This document shows, in pieces, positions 21,433-29,711 of a stretch of 49,894 nt of DNA. Every line of letters begins with the position of its first letter. Position 1 is the first letter of the stretch. A program made the position numbers and the translations under genes. The notes under the pieces are model-generated. The model was not told where the DNA came from and ran no database searches. It saw nothing but the letters and a program-made list of their open reading frames with translations. Source of the stretch: Nanobdellota archaeon (GTDB lineage: Archaea; Nanobdellota; Nanobdellia; Woesearchaeales; SKGA01); assembly GCA_051819745.1 (NCBI GenBank), contig JBNJGO010000002.1, positions 8,781-58,674 on the forward strand, read 5' to 3'.

Positions 21433-22758
21433 TCAGACTCGTTTAACAGTTGTTTGTCGAGTCATCGTTTGTGAATAACCATACCCTAATTCTACGACTA
21501 GAGGGGTTTCATATGCGGATTTTGCAGTAACATATTCAAGATCATAACGACACCTGACACGACCTCCTTGTCCAGGTATAAGTTTAACACCATCAAAACG
21601 GTCTGGTGTGCAAGATAATGATTGATCGCCAATTCGTACATCAATAACATACACTTTATCTTTATATCGTGTTGAAAGGTCTGCAGGATAGTAAGGACTA
21701 CATCGTTCTATTTGTCCCATATCAAAGACCGTACCTGCGCCAATATTATCTATGTGAATATCAAAGAATACGCTTTGACGAGTATTTTCTTGTTCTATTC
21801 TTGTAATCGCTACTGGAGCACCGTTCCCGCCGTTGAAAGTCACTTCTCGCGGACGGCAGACTTTTCTTCCTTCACTCATTGGTGCAGGATCAATACATAC
21901 CATTGGTGAAGCATAAGTGGAGTATAAATAACAGTTTGTGACCATGAATCGCATAGTTCTTTTGTCCACTCCTTTTGTCCATTCTTGGAGTTCTCCATTG
22001 AAGACAAGGGTTTCCATCTCACCTCCAGGATAATCTGGATCGTCTGGTCGTAAGTAGAATTCTTTTCCGTTATAGCGATCGAATGATATTCCTGAAAGCA
22101 TCATTAAAAGACCACGACCGTGATTGAATAAGTTGAAATCAAGATCATCATCAACGGAAAATCCGAAGTTAGCTTGGTCTCCCATTTGGTTGTAATCAAA
22201 ACCTATATTATCTAGGACTTCAGCTTCAATACCGAGAAGCTCTGCTAGGGGACCTAAGCTATCAGCACTCATCCCAAATCGACCATCTCCTTCAAAGTAA
22301 GCATCAGTGCCAACACCTTCGCAACTAACTACTGAAGACACCGTGTCAAGGAAACTGTCACTGTCTATACCACCCATATTAAAATCGATAGTACAATCAC
22401 CCCACCCTTGATCAAGTTTGGGGATATTGATATCTTCAATGTGAATAAGGTAAGGATCATAACCAGAAATATAAACGCCTCCTCGAGTGTAAGATCCTCC
22501 AATGTTGTGTAGATCAACCGCCACTGCAAAGTCATGATCTCCCGGTTGCGCTCCTCGAGAATAATAATACATTTTTGAAGGTGGATCGGATGGATTCGCG
22601 AACGTCATCCTAACTCCTTCTGAACCTCGATAATACTCTTTATTAGGATCATCATTGCTATTTGAGCCAAATTTTCCACCCATCGAACAGCCCGTAAGAG
22701 CTATTAAGAGAGTGAAAACCATCATAACTGATACGATTCGAACTGTTTTCATTGACAT
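21433..22758 (-). CDS. Secreted lipobox-type protein, Cys-scaffold family member (P4)
   Basis: 441 aa; signal peptide ending ALTGC; AAGGTG SD; GSEGVRMTF..DPP, CYLYST..VCIDP, NGGNGAPVAI, FFDIHIDNIGAGTVF, KVYV..LSC, VRC, LGYGYSQTMTRQTTVK. Confidence 0.8.
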   Translation of the reverse strand: MSMKTVRIVSVMMVFTLLIALTGCSMGGKFGSNSNDDPNKEYYRGSEGVRMTFANPSDPPSKMYYYSRGAQPGDHDFAVAVDLHNIGGSYTRGGVYISGYDPYLIHIEDINIPKLDQGWGDCTIDFNMGGIDSDSFLDTVSSVVSCEGVGTDAYFEGDGRFGMSADSLGPLAELLGIEAEVLDNIGFDYNQMGDQANFGFSVDDDLDFNLFNHGRGLLMMLSGISFDRYNGKEFYLRPDDPDYPGGEMETLVFNGELQEWTKGVDKRTMRFMVTNCYLYSTYASPMVCIDPAPMSEGRKVCRPREVTFNGGNGAPVAITRIEQENTRQSVFFDIHIDNIGAGTVFDMGQIERCSPYYPADLSTRYKDKVYVIDVRIGDQSLSCTPDRFDGVKLIPGQGGRVRCRYDLEYVTAKSAYETPLVVELGYGYSQTMTRQTTVKRV

Positions 22759-22837
22759 CTATTACACCTTCACACATAAGTTACTGATAACTTCTTATTT
22801 AAATAATTTTGTTATTTTCAGCGGTAAAAAGAGAGTA

Positions 22838-24502
22838 TCAGGATATTTTCTTGCTAAACACCCTTTTTTCTCCTAATTTGTCTTCTACCATGATACAGAC
22901 AGTGGTGTCATCGGCAGGCATTTGATCGAGAGATAATTCAAAATACATACCGAATGTTTCCGAATATTCTCCTTTTAAACTTGTGAATTGATTGTGAGCA
23001 ATATTTTCACACCAACTAGCAGGATCTGTAGCTTTAGGTTCGGTGAATGCATAATATGCTTTGTTTGAACAGCCACAAGTTCTGTCAATATCTTTTTCAT
23101 CATCCCTATCTTTACATATCCATGAGATACTATCGCTTGTTTGTTGTATTGAAGTCGCCATTGGCTTAGCATTTGAAGTTACACAGTCAGGCCAGCCACA
23201 GTAGGTTCCTGGAAAGCAGAGGTTATCTGCTGGAATACAGTTACCTCCTGCTTCGCGACATTTTTCGATCCCGTTATACATGCACGACATCCCATCATAA
23301 ACAGGTTTTTGTTCATCTTGAGATTTCGTATTTATGTGTGCTAGTGGAGAGTATTGGATTCTCCAGTCAAAGGATGTGTTCTTTAGCTCGTCAGATATTG
23401 ATTTGAAAACATCGTAATCATATTCACTCGCGTGATAATCGCATTTTGACAGACAACCACCCTCAACTTTTTCTTCCCAAGGGAGGCAGTTATCATTAGA
23501 AATATCTTCGTCGGAAAAAATAGGGTCGCTAGATCGTTTCACAGTGACTTCTTTTGATTCCATGCCTGAGTAGAGATATGAAAGATCGACGTAGAGCTCA
23601 GTATAGTAACTTGATGTTAGGGCGAGAATGTCTGTATTATTTAGTTGACATTGTATCTTTGCAGATCCTTCATCAAGACGAATAGCTTCCGGCAGGCAAT
23701 TAAGAGTTTTTTCTCCAAGACGAGCGTTCACCCTAACCTTGTTGATTGAATTTGATGTTATCTCGCCACAGCTTTGTTTTCCAGCGTTTGATTCAGTGTT
23801 GAAATCGGAGACAAACCCATCACCATATTGTTCTATGTGAATGGTGAATTGTGGCCTGATGTAATCATCAACAGGTATCATTTGTGATTCTACATCTGTT
23901 ATTCCTACAGGTGCCCCTTGACCTCCTGAGTACGAATGGTCTTGCGCTTCACATGCTTGTTCTCTTGCATCTGTTCCTTCAGGATTTGTGTCAACACACA
24001 CTGATTCTGAAAATATTGTTTTGTAAGGATAACAATAGCTTAAAAAGAATTGAGCAGTGTCTGATTCGAAATTTCCAACAATATCTCTAGCTTCAAATTC
24101 AGCTATCGCAAGAGACGTTTCTTCTCCTGTAGGGTATGATTGTGATTTCCCAAATAATGAAATATCATCGATAGAATCATATCGGGAGTTTTGATTATGG
24201 TCTTGAATTTTTTTGACAGGTCCTGAATTGAATTTCAGGTTCGCATCCATCGTGTAATTAGTCAAATCGAATGCACCTTTATTATATGCTTTTGCTTGGA
24301 CATCAAAAGTTGATGATTCAAATACTGCTTCAGGCGGGGCGTGATCGAGAAATGAAACGGCGACTCCTTGTGTTCCAGTATGAAAGTCAGTTGTTTGTGA
24401 ATTCGTCTGGGAAAATCGCCCACCCATTTGACAACCAGTAAGCAGTACCAATATTGAGAAAATAATGATAATAAAAGTCAGGGAAGTTCGTTGTAGTTTC
24501 AA
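22838..24502 (-). CDS. Secreted lipobox-type protein, Cys-scaffold family member with Cys-rich C-terminal extension (P3)
   Basis: 554 aa; TTG start behind GAGGTGA, overlapping the P2 stop as TTGA; signal peptide ending LLTGC; GTQGVAVSF..APP, CYPYKT..VCVDT, SGGQGAPVGI, FTIHIEQYGDGFV, KVRV..LNC, IQC, LSYLYSGMESKEVTVK; then about 230 aa with many Cys. Confidence 0.8.
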   Translation of the reverse strand: MKLQRTSLTFIIIIFSILVLLTGCQMGGRFSQTNSQTTDFHTGTQGVAVSFLDHAPPEAVFESSTFDVQAKAYNKGAFDLTNYTMDANLKFNSGPVKKIQDHNQNSRYDSIDDISLFGKSQSYPTGEETSLAIAEFEARDIVGNFESDTAQFFLSYCYPYKTIFSESVCVDTNPEGTDAREQACEAQDHSYSGGQGAPVGITDVESQMIPVDDYIRPQFTIHIEQYGDGFVSDFNTESNAGKQSCGEITSNSINKVRVNARLGEKTLNCLPEAIRLDEGSAKIQCQLNNTDILALTSSYYTELYVDLSYLYSGMESKEVTVKRSSDPIFSDEDISNDNCLPWEEKVEGGCLSKCDYHASEYDYDVFKSISDELKNTSFDWRIQYSPLAHINTKSQDEQKPVYDGMSCMYNGIEKCREAGGNCIPADNLCFPGTYCGWPDCVTSNAKPMATSIQQTSDSISWICKDRDDEKDIDRTCGCSNKAYYAFTEPKATDPASWCENIAHNQFTSLKGEYSETFGMYFELSLDQMPADDTTVCIMVEDKLGEKRVFSKKIS

Positions 24503-26808
24503 GCTTTCACCTCTACAGTAGTTGAATGATCAAGCGAGTATCTGTAATCCATTGAAAAGAACATTTGATCTGAAAACCACCCGTCATCTTCAAATCGTTC
24601 GTTCAAAATAGCATTATCAAATTTTAAATCACAACTAATTGACCTGAATTGATCCCATGATTGGAATTCTTTTTCGAATTCGAAAACCCATCGATCATCT
24701 TCTGATTTATAAGGTATTTTTTGTGTTGTCAGGAAGTTACATTCTTCAAGGGCTACTCCTCTTGGCATGTTGATATTGATATTATTGATGTCTGTTATTT
24801 TATTCCCTTCTGCTGAGGAGAGGTCTTCAAACTGGAAGACGAAATTAATTCTTCGGTTCCTTATCGAAGATGGTCCTCCTTCCACGACAATTGGCATTTG
24901 TAGAACGTAGCGATTATCCTCTCGTGTATTACCGACATTTATTTTCACTGGACCTGATGTTGATACACTTTTCGAATCGCCTTCTATATATTCGCCTGGT
25001 TTATATTGATCACCTGCACGGTTTGCGAGCGTCAAGAATTTTTCTTCTTGTGATTTTGACAATATTTTTAGAGGTACTTTCACTGATGATCGGTAATTGA
25101 ATACTTGTTTAACATCAACAACATGACTTCCTTTTTGTAATCCATCAAATGAACATCTTACTCGTGATGATTTTGATCCCGTCAACTCAGTATAAGGAGG
25201 ATCAACCGTCTTTGCAGGTGTTGAACCAACCATACACGATGTCATCAGTTCGAGAGGGTGGTACGAATTTGCTATCGTGTCAATCTCTATATCTACTCGT
25301 TCTCCTGTAAAAAAATAGTCTCGAGTCGGCTCTACAGATTCTATTTTCGCCCCTATGAATTCAGCTGTTCTTTCAGTTTCACTCCCTTGAACTACAGAAC
25401 CATTGCCATAGCCGTATTGTCGCTTTATACTGTTGAGAAAATTTTGAATGGGATTTGCATTTTTCAATCCTGCCTCAACATCTGCTTGTGAAGATCCCAC
25501 ATCAGAATTTAACTGTCCTGATTGTATATAACCGACCATTTGCGGACCTGCAAACATGAGAACAATGACAAGTCCGAAAAATAATCCTATGGGAACTAGT
25601 TTATCTGGATTGTACGCCCAAACAAGATCAAGTATTATGCCTACGATAATAATAAAATAGAGGAGGAAAGAAGCAGATCCCATAAATCCTTGCACTGCTG
25701 ATGAATTTGAAAGCAATAGTCCAGCCAAAAAGTTCAGGACAAGAAATCCGACAATAGGATATATTTTTTTCTCATCGATAATATTGAACTTGTGAAATGT
25801 GAAAAGTAGTAATGCATAAACGATAATGACCATAATGTTGATCATTTTAAATTCGACCGATATCAAACCAGTTCCTAACGGCCCTAGCATGAAAGTTACA
25901 GCTAACAGTAAAAAAAATACGATGTCATTCCAACTTGAAAATGTATTATCTCGAAATTTTTTGCCTGCAGCTACAGCTGTTTTGAGTTTCGAGATCGAAT
26001 TTTGATATCCTTCTTTAACACCTGCAACTTTCTTATCAAATCGTGATTTTACTTTTGCTTTGATTTCTTCAATCTTGTTTTCATAAGACTCGCGAATAAC
26101 GTGAAGTGGGGAGAATTTCTTTATCAGTCCAGCAACGACAAACTCATAACCTGCATCGATAAAATCTCCTACTAAGGGAATAAAAGATGTGACCGTGTCA
26201 ATTAAGTAGAAAATGAATATCTTGAAGAAAGCTCCAACGTCTCGAAGTAAAATGATTGTCGGTATGGCAAAATAAACAACAAGCCCTATATTAATAAAGA
26301 TTTCAACAGTATCTATTGCGGTGCTCATCGCAGTTCCTATGACTGGAATGAACTCTAACACTCCGGAGAGATTAAGAATAGCGTCCACGATTGCTGCAAT
26401 CCAAAACACGAGATGAGATATTCCTCCCGTGAAAAAATTTAGTATTGCTTCATTTGTTTTAATCTGCCGATCTTGATTTTTTCGTAGTTTGCTTATTTTA
26501 TTTTTTACTTTTTGATATAATGATTGTTCTTCTTTTTCTAAATATGAATTATCAGATTGTTGTTGTTCACTGTCATTAGTAGTCCCTTGCGGTTTAGAAG
26601 AATCATTTTGAGCGGGCTCTGCAGAATCCTGGGTGGTATTAATAGTTGTAAAATTATTAACTTGTTGAGGTTCATCATTTCCTGAAATAGACGAGGTATC
26701 AGAGGACGTGTTTTCATCAAATTCTTTAGAAAATTTTTCAGAAACTTTCTCAGATAGTTTAGAGTATGCTTCATCTTTCATATCAAATGACTCGCCCTTC
26801 AAAATCAT
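24499..26808 (-). CDS. Polytopic membrane protein fused to a degenerate Cys-scaffold family domain (P2)
   Basis: 769 aa; GAGGTG SD; acidic/polar low-complexity N-terminus (about 120 aa), about 8-9 hydrophobic segments by eye (aa ~130-440, with repeated FIPVIG/FIPLVGDFID motif), C-terminal ~330 aa with STSGPVKINV, INFVFQFED, SISCDL, MDYRYSLDHSTTVEVKA. Confidence 0.8.
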   Translation of the reverse strand: MILKGESFDMKDEAYSKLSEKVSEKFSKEFDENTSSDTSSISGNDEPQQVNNFTTINTTQDSAEPAQNDSSKPQGTTNDSEQQQSDNSYLEKEEQSLYQKVKNKISKLRKNQDRQIKTNEAILNFFTGGISHLVFWIAAIVDAILNLSGVLEFIPVIGTAMSTAIDTVEIFINIGLVVYFAIPTIILLRDVGAFFKIFIFYLIDTVTSFIPLVGDFIDAGYEFVVAGLIKKFSPLHVIRESYENKIEEIKAKVKSRFDKKVAGVKEGYQNSISKLKTAVAAGKKFRDNTFSSWNDIVFFLLLAVTFMLGPLGTGLISVEFKMINIMVIIVYALLLFTFHKFNIIDEKKIYPIVGFLVLNFLAGLLLSNSSAVQGFMGSASFLLYFIIIVGIILDLVWAYNPDKLVPIGLFFGLVIVLMFAGPQMVGYIQSGQLNSDVGSSQADVEAGLKNANPIQNFLNSIKRQYGYGNGSVVQGSETERTAEFIGAKIESVEPTRDYFFTGERVDIEIDTIANSYHPLELMTSCMVGSTPAKTVDPPYTELTGSKSSRVRCSFDGLQKGSHVVDVKQVFNYRSSVKVPLKILSKSQEEKFLTLANRAGDQYKPGEYIEGDSKSVSTSGPVKINVGNTREDNRYVLQMPIVVEGGPSSIRNRRINFVFQFEDLSSAEGNKITDINNININMPRGVALEECNFLTTQKIPYKSEDDRWVFEFEKEFQSWDQFRSISCDLKFDNAILNERFEDDGWFSDQMFFSMDYRYSLDHSTTVEVKA

Positions 26809-26841
26809 TACACCTCTTTACTAAACTGATCTTTGCTGTAA

Positions 26842-28527
26842 TCATTGTATTCTGATATCAATTTGTGATATAGTCACATCCCGTTGTGGTTTAATAACAA
26901 TAGAATTTGTCCCATAATGAACGAGATTATCTATTGACCGTGTTATTCCCTGATTGTATGTTGATACAGGAAGTGTTTGTCCGTTTATGACAAAGTCCAC
27001 ATCCTTATAAGAAGTGTCAACAAAATCAACCCGTAATAGCACATCTACACCTGCTTTCAATCGGGGTTCATCGAGATATGAAAGAGAATCTTCTTGAGGC
27101 AGACAATTTGGTCTATTCGAGTTATCATCATAATATCCTTCAGGACACGCATCACATTCTGATATGGTAACATAAGATGTGCAAACAGAATCAAAACCAG
27201 TGAATGGAGTGTCATCACACCAATAATTATTTCCTGATGATTGAAAACAACAATCCTTATCATAACGGACATCACAATTTGCCGGACACAAGCCATCAGT
27301 ATCATCACCACACGTTCCTTCCACATCATCATGCGGATCACCCATCCTATCTTCATATCCACTTGGGCATCGAGAAGTATATTGTGCAAGAAGCATGTTA
27401 ACACATCGATCATTAGGATTATCTGTTTTCATATCACACCAATAATTATTGCTTGATTCTTCAAAGCAACAATCCTTATCCTCGTATGCCATGCAATTAT
27501 CAGGACATTCGCCGTCAACTTCCCCACAATGAGGTTCATTATCTTGTACGAATTTAAAGAGATCTTCATCTAATTCAAAATAATAAATTGGATGTTCAAC
27601 ATCTGATAGTGATACTTCAACACTTGCTTGATCAATAATATAGTCACCATATGATGCTTCAAACGAAATGGTGTTTTGACCTTGCTTGAGATGTGTTGTG
27701 TGTAAGTTAATGAAATTTTTAATGTGACAATCTGGAATTCCGTTAAAGACTGTTTTGTTGTTAAGAACTATTTCAAGCGAACCGACTCTGTTTGGATCAC
27801 AGTCAGGATAGAAAGATAATTCTGCTTCCTTAAAGTATTCGAGTTCTTCTTCTGAAATAGGGAACCATTGATGATTTTTGCTTTGTGTTGAATCAACTAT
27901 ATCTCCAGTTATTTGAATTCCTTCAAGTTTGAAAAGATTTGATTTCCAAAATTCAACACCCGGTTCTGTTGTAGAAAAATAAAGTATGTTTTCGTGTTTA
28001 AGAAGATGTTTTGGTAATTCAATTGGCTGTGATGATCCTTGAGTTGTCTCATCAGAATAAATTTGAACTCCATTAAAATATAATTCTAGCGTTCCATCTC
28101 CAAATAGGACATTATAAGAAACAAGAAGTTCTCGAACGTTTTCAGGAGTCACTGTAAAATTTATTGAGTGTGTTGTTTCTTGAAAAGCAGAGTTTTTTAT
28201 TCGTACACGAGGAGTTTCGGCTAGTATTGTGGATTCTGCAGTAGTGTGTAACCGGAAACTATTAAGTTCGTGTGTAATATCATCATCTTCAATAGCAGAT
28301 ATTTGGCCGATATTACTGTTAAGGGTTGATGTTCCTATTTGATCAGAATATCCTTGTGAAGAAGAAGGGGGGTTTCCAGGAATAGTATCGTGTTCTAAAA
28401 GTTGTTGTTGATCTTGATCTGGTAAGAATGCAACGTATAATACGAGAAGTCCTGCAATAATAAGAACGAGAAGAGCTGCACCTGCACCACTTGCTCCTTT
28501 TTTTAATGATAAAACATGCCCTGACAT
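26842..28527 (-). CDS. Prepilin-like (class III signal peptide-like) modular surface protein with tandem Cys-rich repeats (P1)
   Basis: 561 aa; GGAGGA SD; N-terminus MSGHVLSLKKG/ASGAGAALLVLIIAGLLVLYVAF; three ...NG... beta-module-like repeats; two Cys-rich repeats containing CP.NC....DKDCCF..S.NNYWCD. Confidence 0.8.
   Translation of the reverse strand: MSGHVLSLKKGASGAGAALLVLIIAGLLVLYVAFLPDQDQQQLLEHDTIPGNPPSSSQGYSDQIGTSTLNSNIGQISAIEDDDITHELNSFRLHTTAESTILAETPRVRIKNSAFQETTHSINFTVTPENVRELLVSYNVLFGDGTLELYFNGVQIYSDETTQGSSQPIELPKHLLKHENILYFSTTEPGVEFWKSNLFKLEGIQITGDIVDSTQSKNHQWFPISEEELEYFKEAELSFYPDCDPNRVGSLEIVLNNKTVFNGIPDCHIKNFINLHTTHLKQGQNTISFEASYGDYIIDQASVEVSLSDVEHPIYYFELDEDLFKFVQDNEPHCGEVDGECPDNCMAYEDKDCCFEESSNNYWCDMKTDNPNDRCVNMLLAQYTSRCPSGYEDRMGDPHDDVEGTCGDDTDGLCPANCDVRYDKDCCFQSSGNNYWCDDTPFTGFDSVCTSYVTISECDACPEGYYDDNSNRPNCLPQEDSLSYLDEPRLKAGVDVLLRVDFVDTSYKDVDFVINGQTLPVSTYNQGITRSIDNLVHYGTNSIVIKPQRDVTISQIDIRIQ
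27103..27528 (-). repeat. In-frame tandem duplication encoding two Cys-rich modules of P1 (aa ~334-475)
   Basis: HCGEVDGECPDNCMAYEDKDCCFEESSNNYWCDMK... versus TCGDDTDGLCPANCDVRYDKDCCFQSSGNNYWCDDT...; each is followed by further C..CP.GY residues. Confidence 0.75.
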
Positions 28528-28568
28528 GATAATTCCTCCACAAACACTATTGAATCAAATACTAAGAG

Positions 28569-28576
28569 TATTTAAA
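28569..28576 (-). promoter_or_regulatory. TATA-box-like element upstream of P1
   Basis: Minus strand reads TTTAAATA about 40 nt upstream of the P1 ATG, in the 95-nt gap after top6A. Confidence 0.35.
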
Positions 28577-28622
28577 GGTTTTGCCTGAAAAGATAGTATT
28601 AAGAATATAAAATGGTTGTTGT

Positions 28623-29711
28623 TTATGGCAACCACGAAGAAGAATCGTCTATTTTTGAAGGAAGATATTTGTCCATAACATAATTCAAACCGTGTGATGC
28701 GAATGCCTGCTGTTCCACACGTTGTTGTATAGATAACATTTTTTTGAGTGCTTTTTGCCATTCAGGATGCGATTGTATGAAAGGATCATTTTTTTCAAGT
28801 TCTTTTATTTTTTTGACATCAATTTCTTTGAGAGGATGTGTCGGTAGTTTGAATGTTTCTATATCATAGGGTGTTACGCCAATAAATCGGGCTTTTGGAA
28901 CGCAAAAATATTCATTTATATGCGCTGCATTTCCACTTCCGACTTTTAATGTACGATATATATTTCCATAACCGTAAGGATCTCCATCTGTGAATACGAG
29001 CACAGGAAGATTTTTATCATCAGATAGTTTTCGTATGAATCGACGACAAGCCCGTGTCGGAACCCCACTCATTGCAATGAGAATGCAATTTTGTTTTTTC
29101 CAGAATTTATGTTTGTTAAGACGCTCAAACGCACCTTGTGTTTCGATTGCGAGTATGAATTTTGCTTTTGTTTCAAAAGAAAGATGTTCTACAGATGAAG
29201 GTATAGAGTACGCACCTGAACCAAATCGAGTACAATCTATTTCAATTGGTTGTTTTGTTTCGGCATCTTCATCTATAACAGTAAGTTCTCCGGCGACTGC
29301 ACCACCATGTTCTCCGGGAATAAAACCCATTTGTTCTCGGTTTACCCGAAGCATTGCTTCAATATCATCCATCACGCTATCTGATTCTGGTTGTTGGGTG
29401 AATCTAGCATCACCCCAATTTTTAGAGACGTAATACGCTTCTCGTTTTGTTGCAGTGTCTTTTTCTGCAATAAGTTGATTAGATAACGCCATTAAACGAA
29501 GTGTTTGAGCAAATGATTTTACAGTAGATGCTGTTAACGTCCTTGTTTTCATCCGATTCTTGATGTTAAAATAGCCATTATTTTTATCAAAAGTAACATT
29601 GGATAGTGAACGAACAGGAGTTTCAAGTTTAGGGGGTTTTCCTTGTTGTATTGCTGTAAATATTTCTTTCGCGATAGAAGAGATTTTTTCAGTTACATGT
29701 TTGGATGACAT
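28623..29711 (-). CDS. top6A: DNA topoisomerase VI subunit A (Spo11-like)
   Basis: 362 aa; catalytic-Tyr region KREAYYVSKNW, Toprim ILAIETQGAFERL and FTDGDPYG; start overlaps the top6B stop (TAATG). Confidence 0.93.
   Translation of the reverse strand: MSSKHVTEKISSIAKEIFTAIQQGKPPKLETPVRSLSNVTFDKNNGYFNIKNRMKTRTLTASTVKSFAQTLRLMALSNQLIAEKDTATKREAYYVSKNWGDARFTQQPESDSVMDDIEAMLRVNREQMGFIPGEHGGAVAGELTVIDEDAETKQPIEIDCTRFGSGAYSIPSSVEHLSFETKAKFILAIETQGAFERLNKHKFWKKQNCILIAMSGVPTRACRRFIRKLSDDKNLPVLVFTDGDPYGYGNIYRTLKVGSGNAAHINEYFCVPKARFIGVTPYDIETFKLPTHPLKEIDVKKIKELEKNDPFIQSHPEWQKALKKMLSIQQRVEQQAFASHGLNYVMDKYLPSKIDDSSSWLP

Noticed and set aside
20371-28527. Integrated virus/provirus or diversity-generating retroelement target as an explanation for the Cys-rich secreted protein cluster
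   Set aside because: There is no integrase, capsid/portal/terminase-like gene or reverse transcriptase, and I saw no template/variable repeat pair. The cluster is flanked by core genes (top6A, PRC-barrel, rfcS), and its SD usage and composition are similar to theirs by eye.
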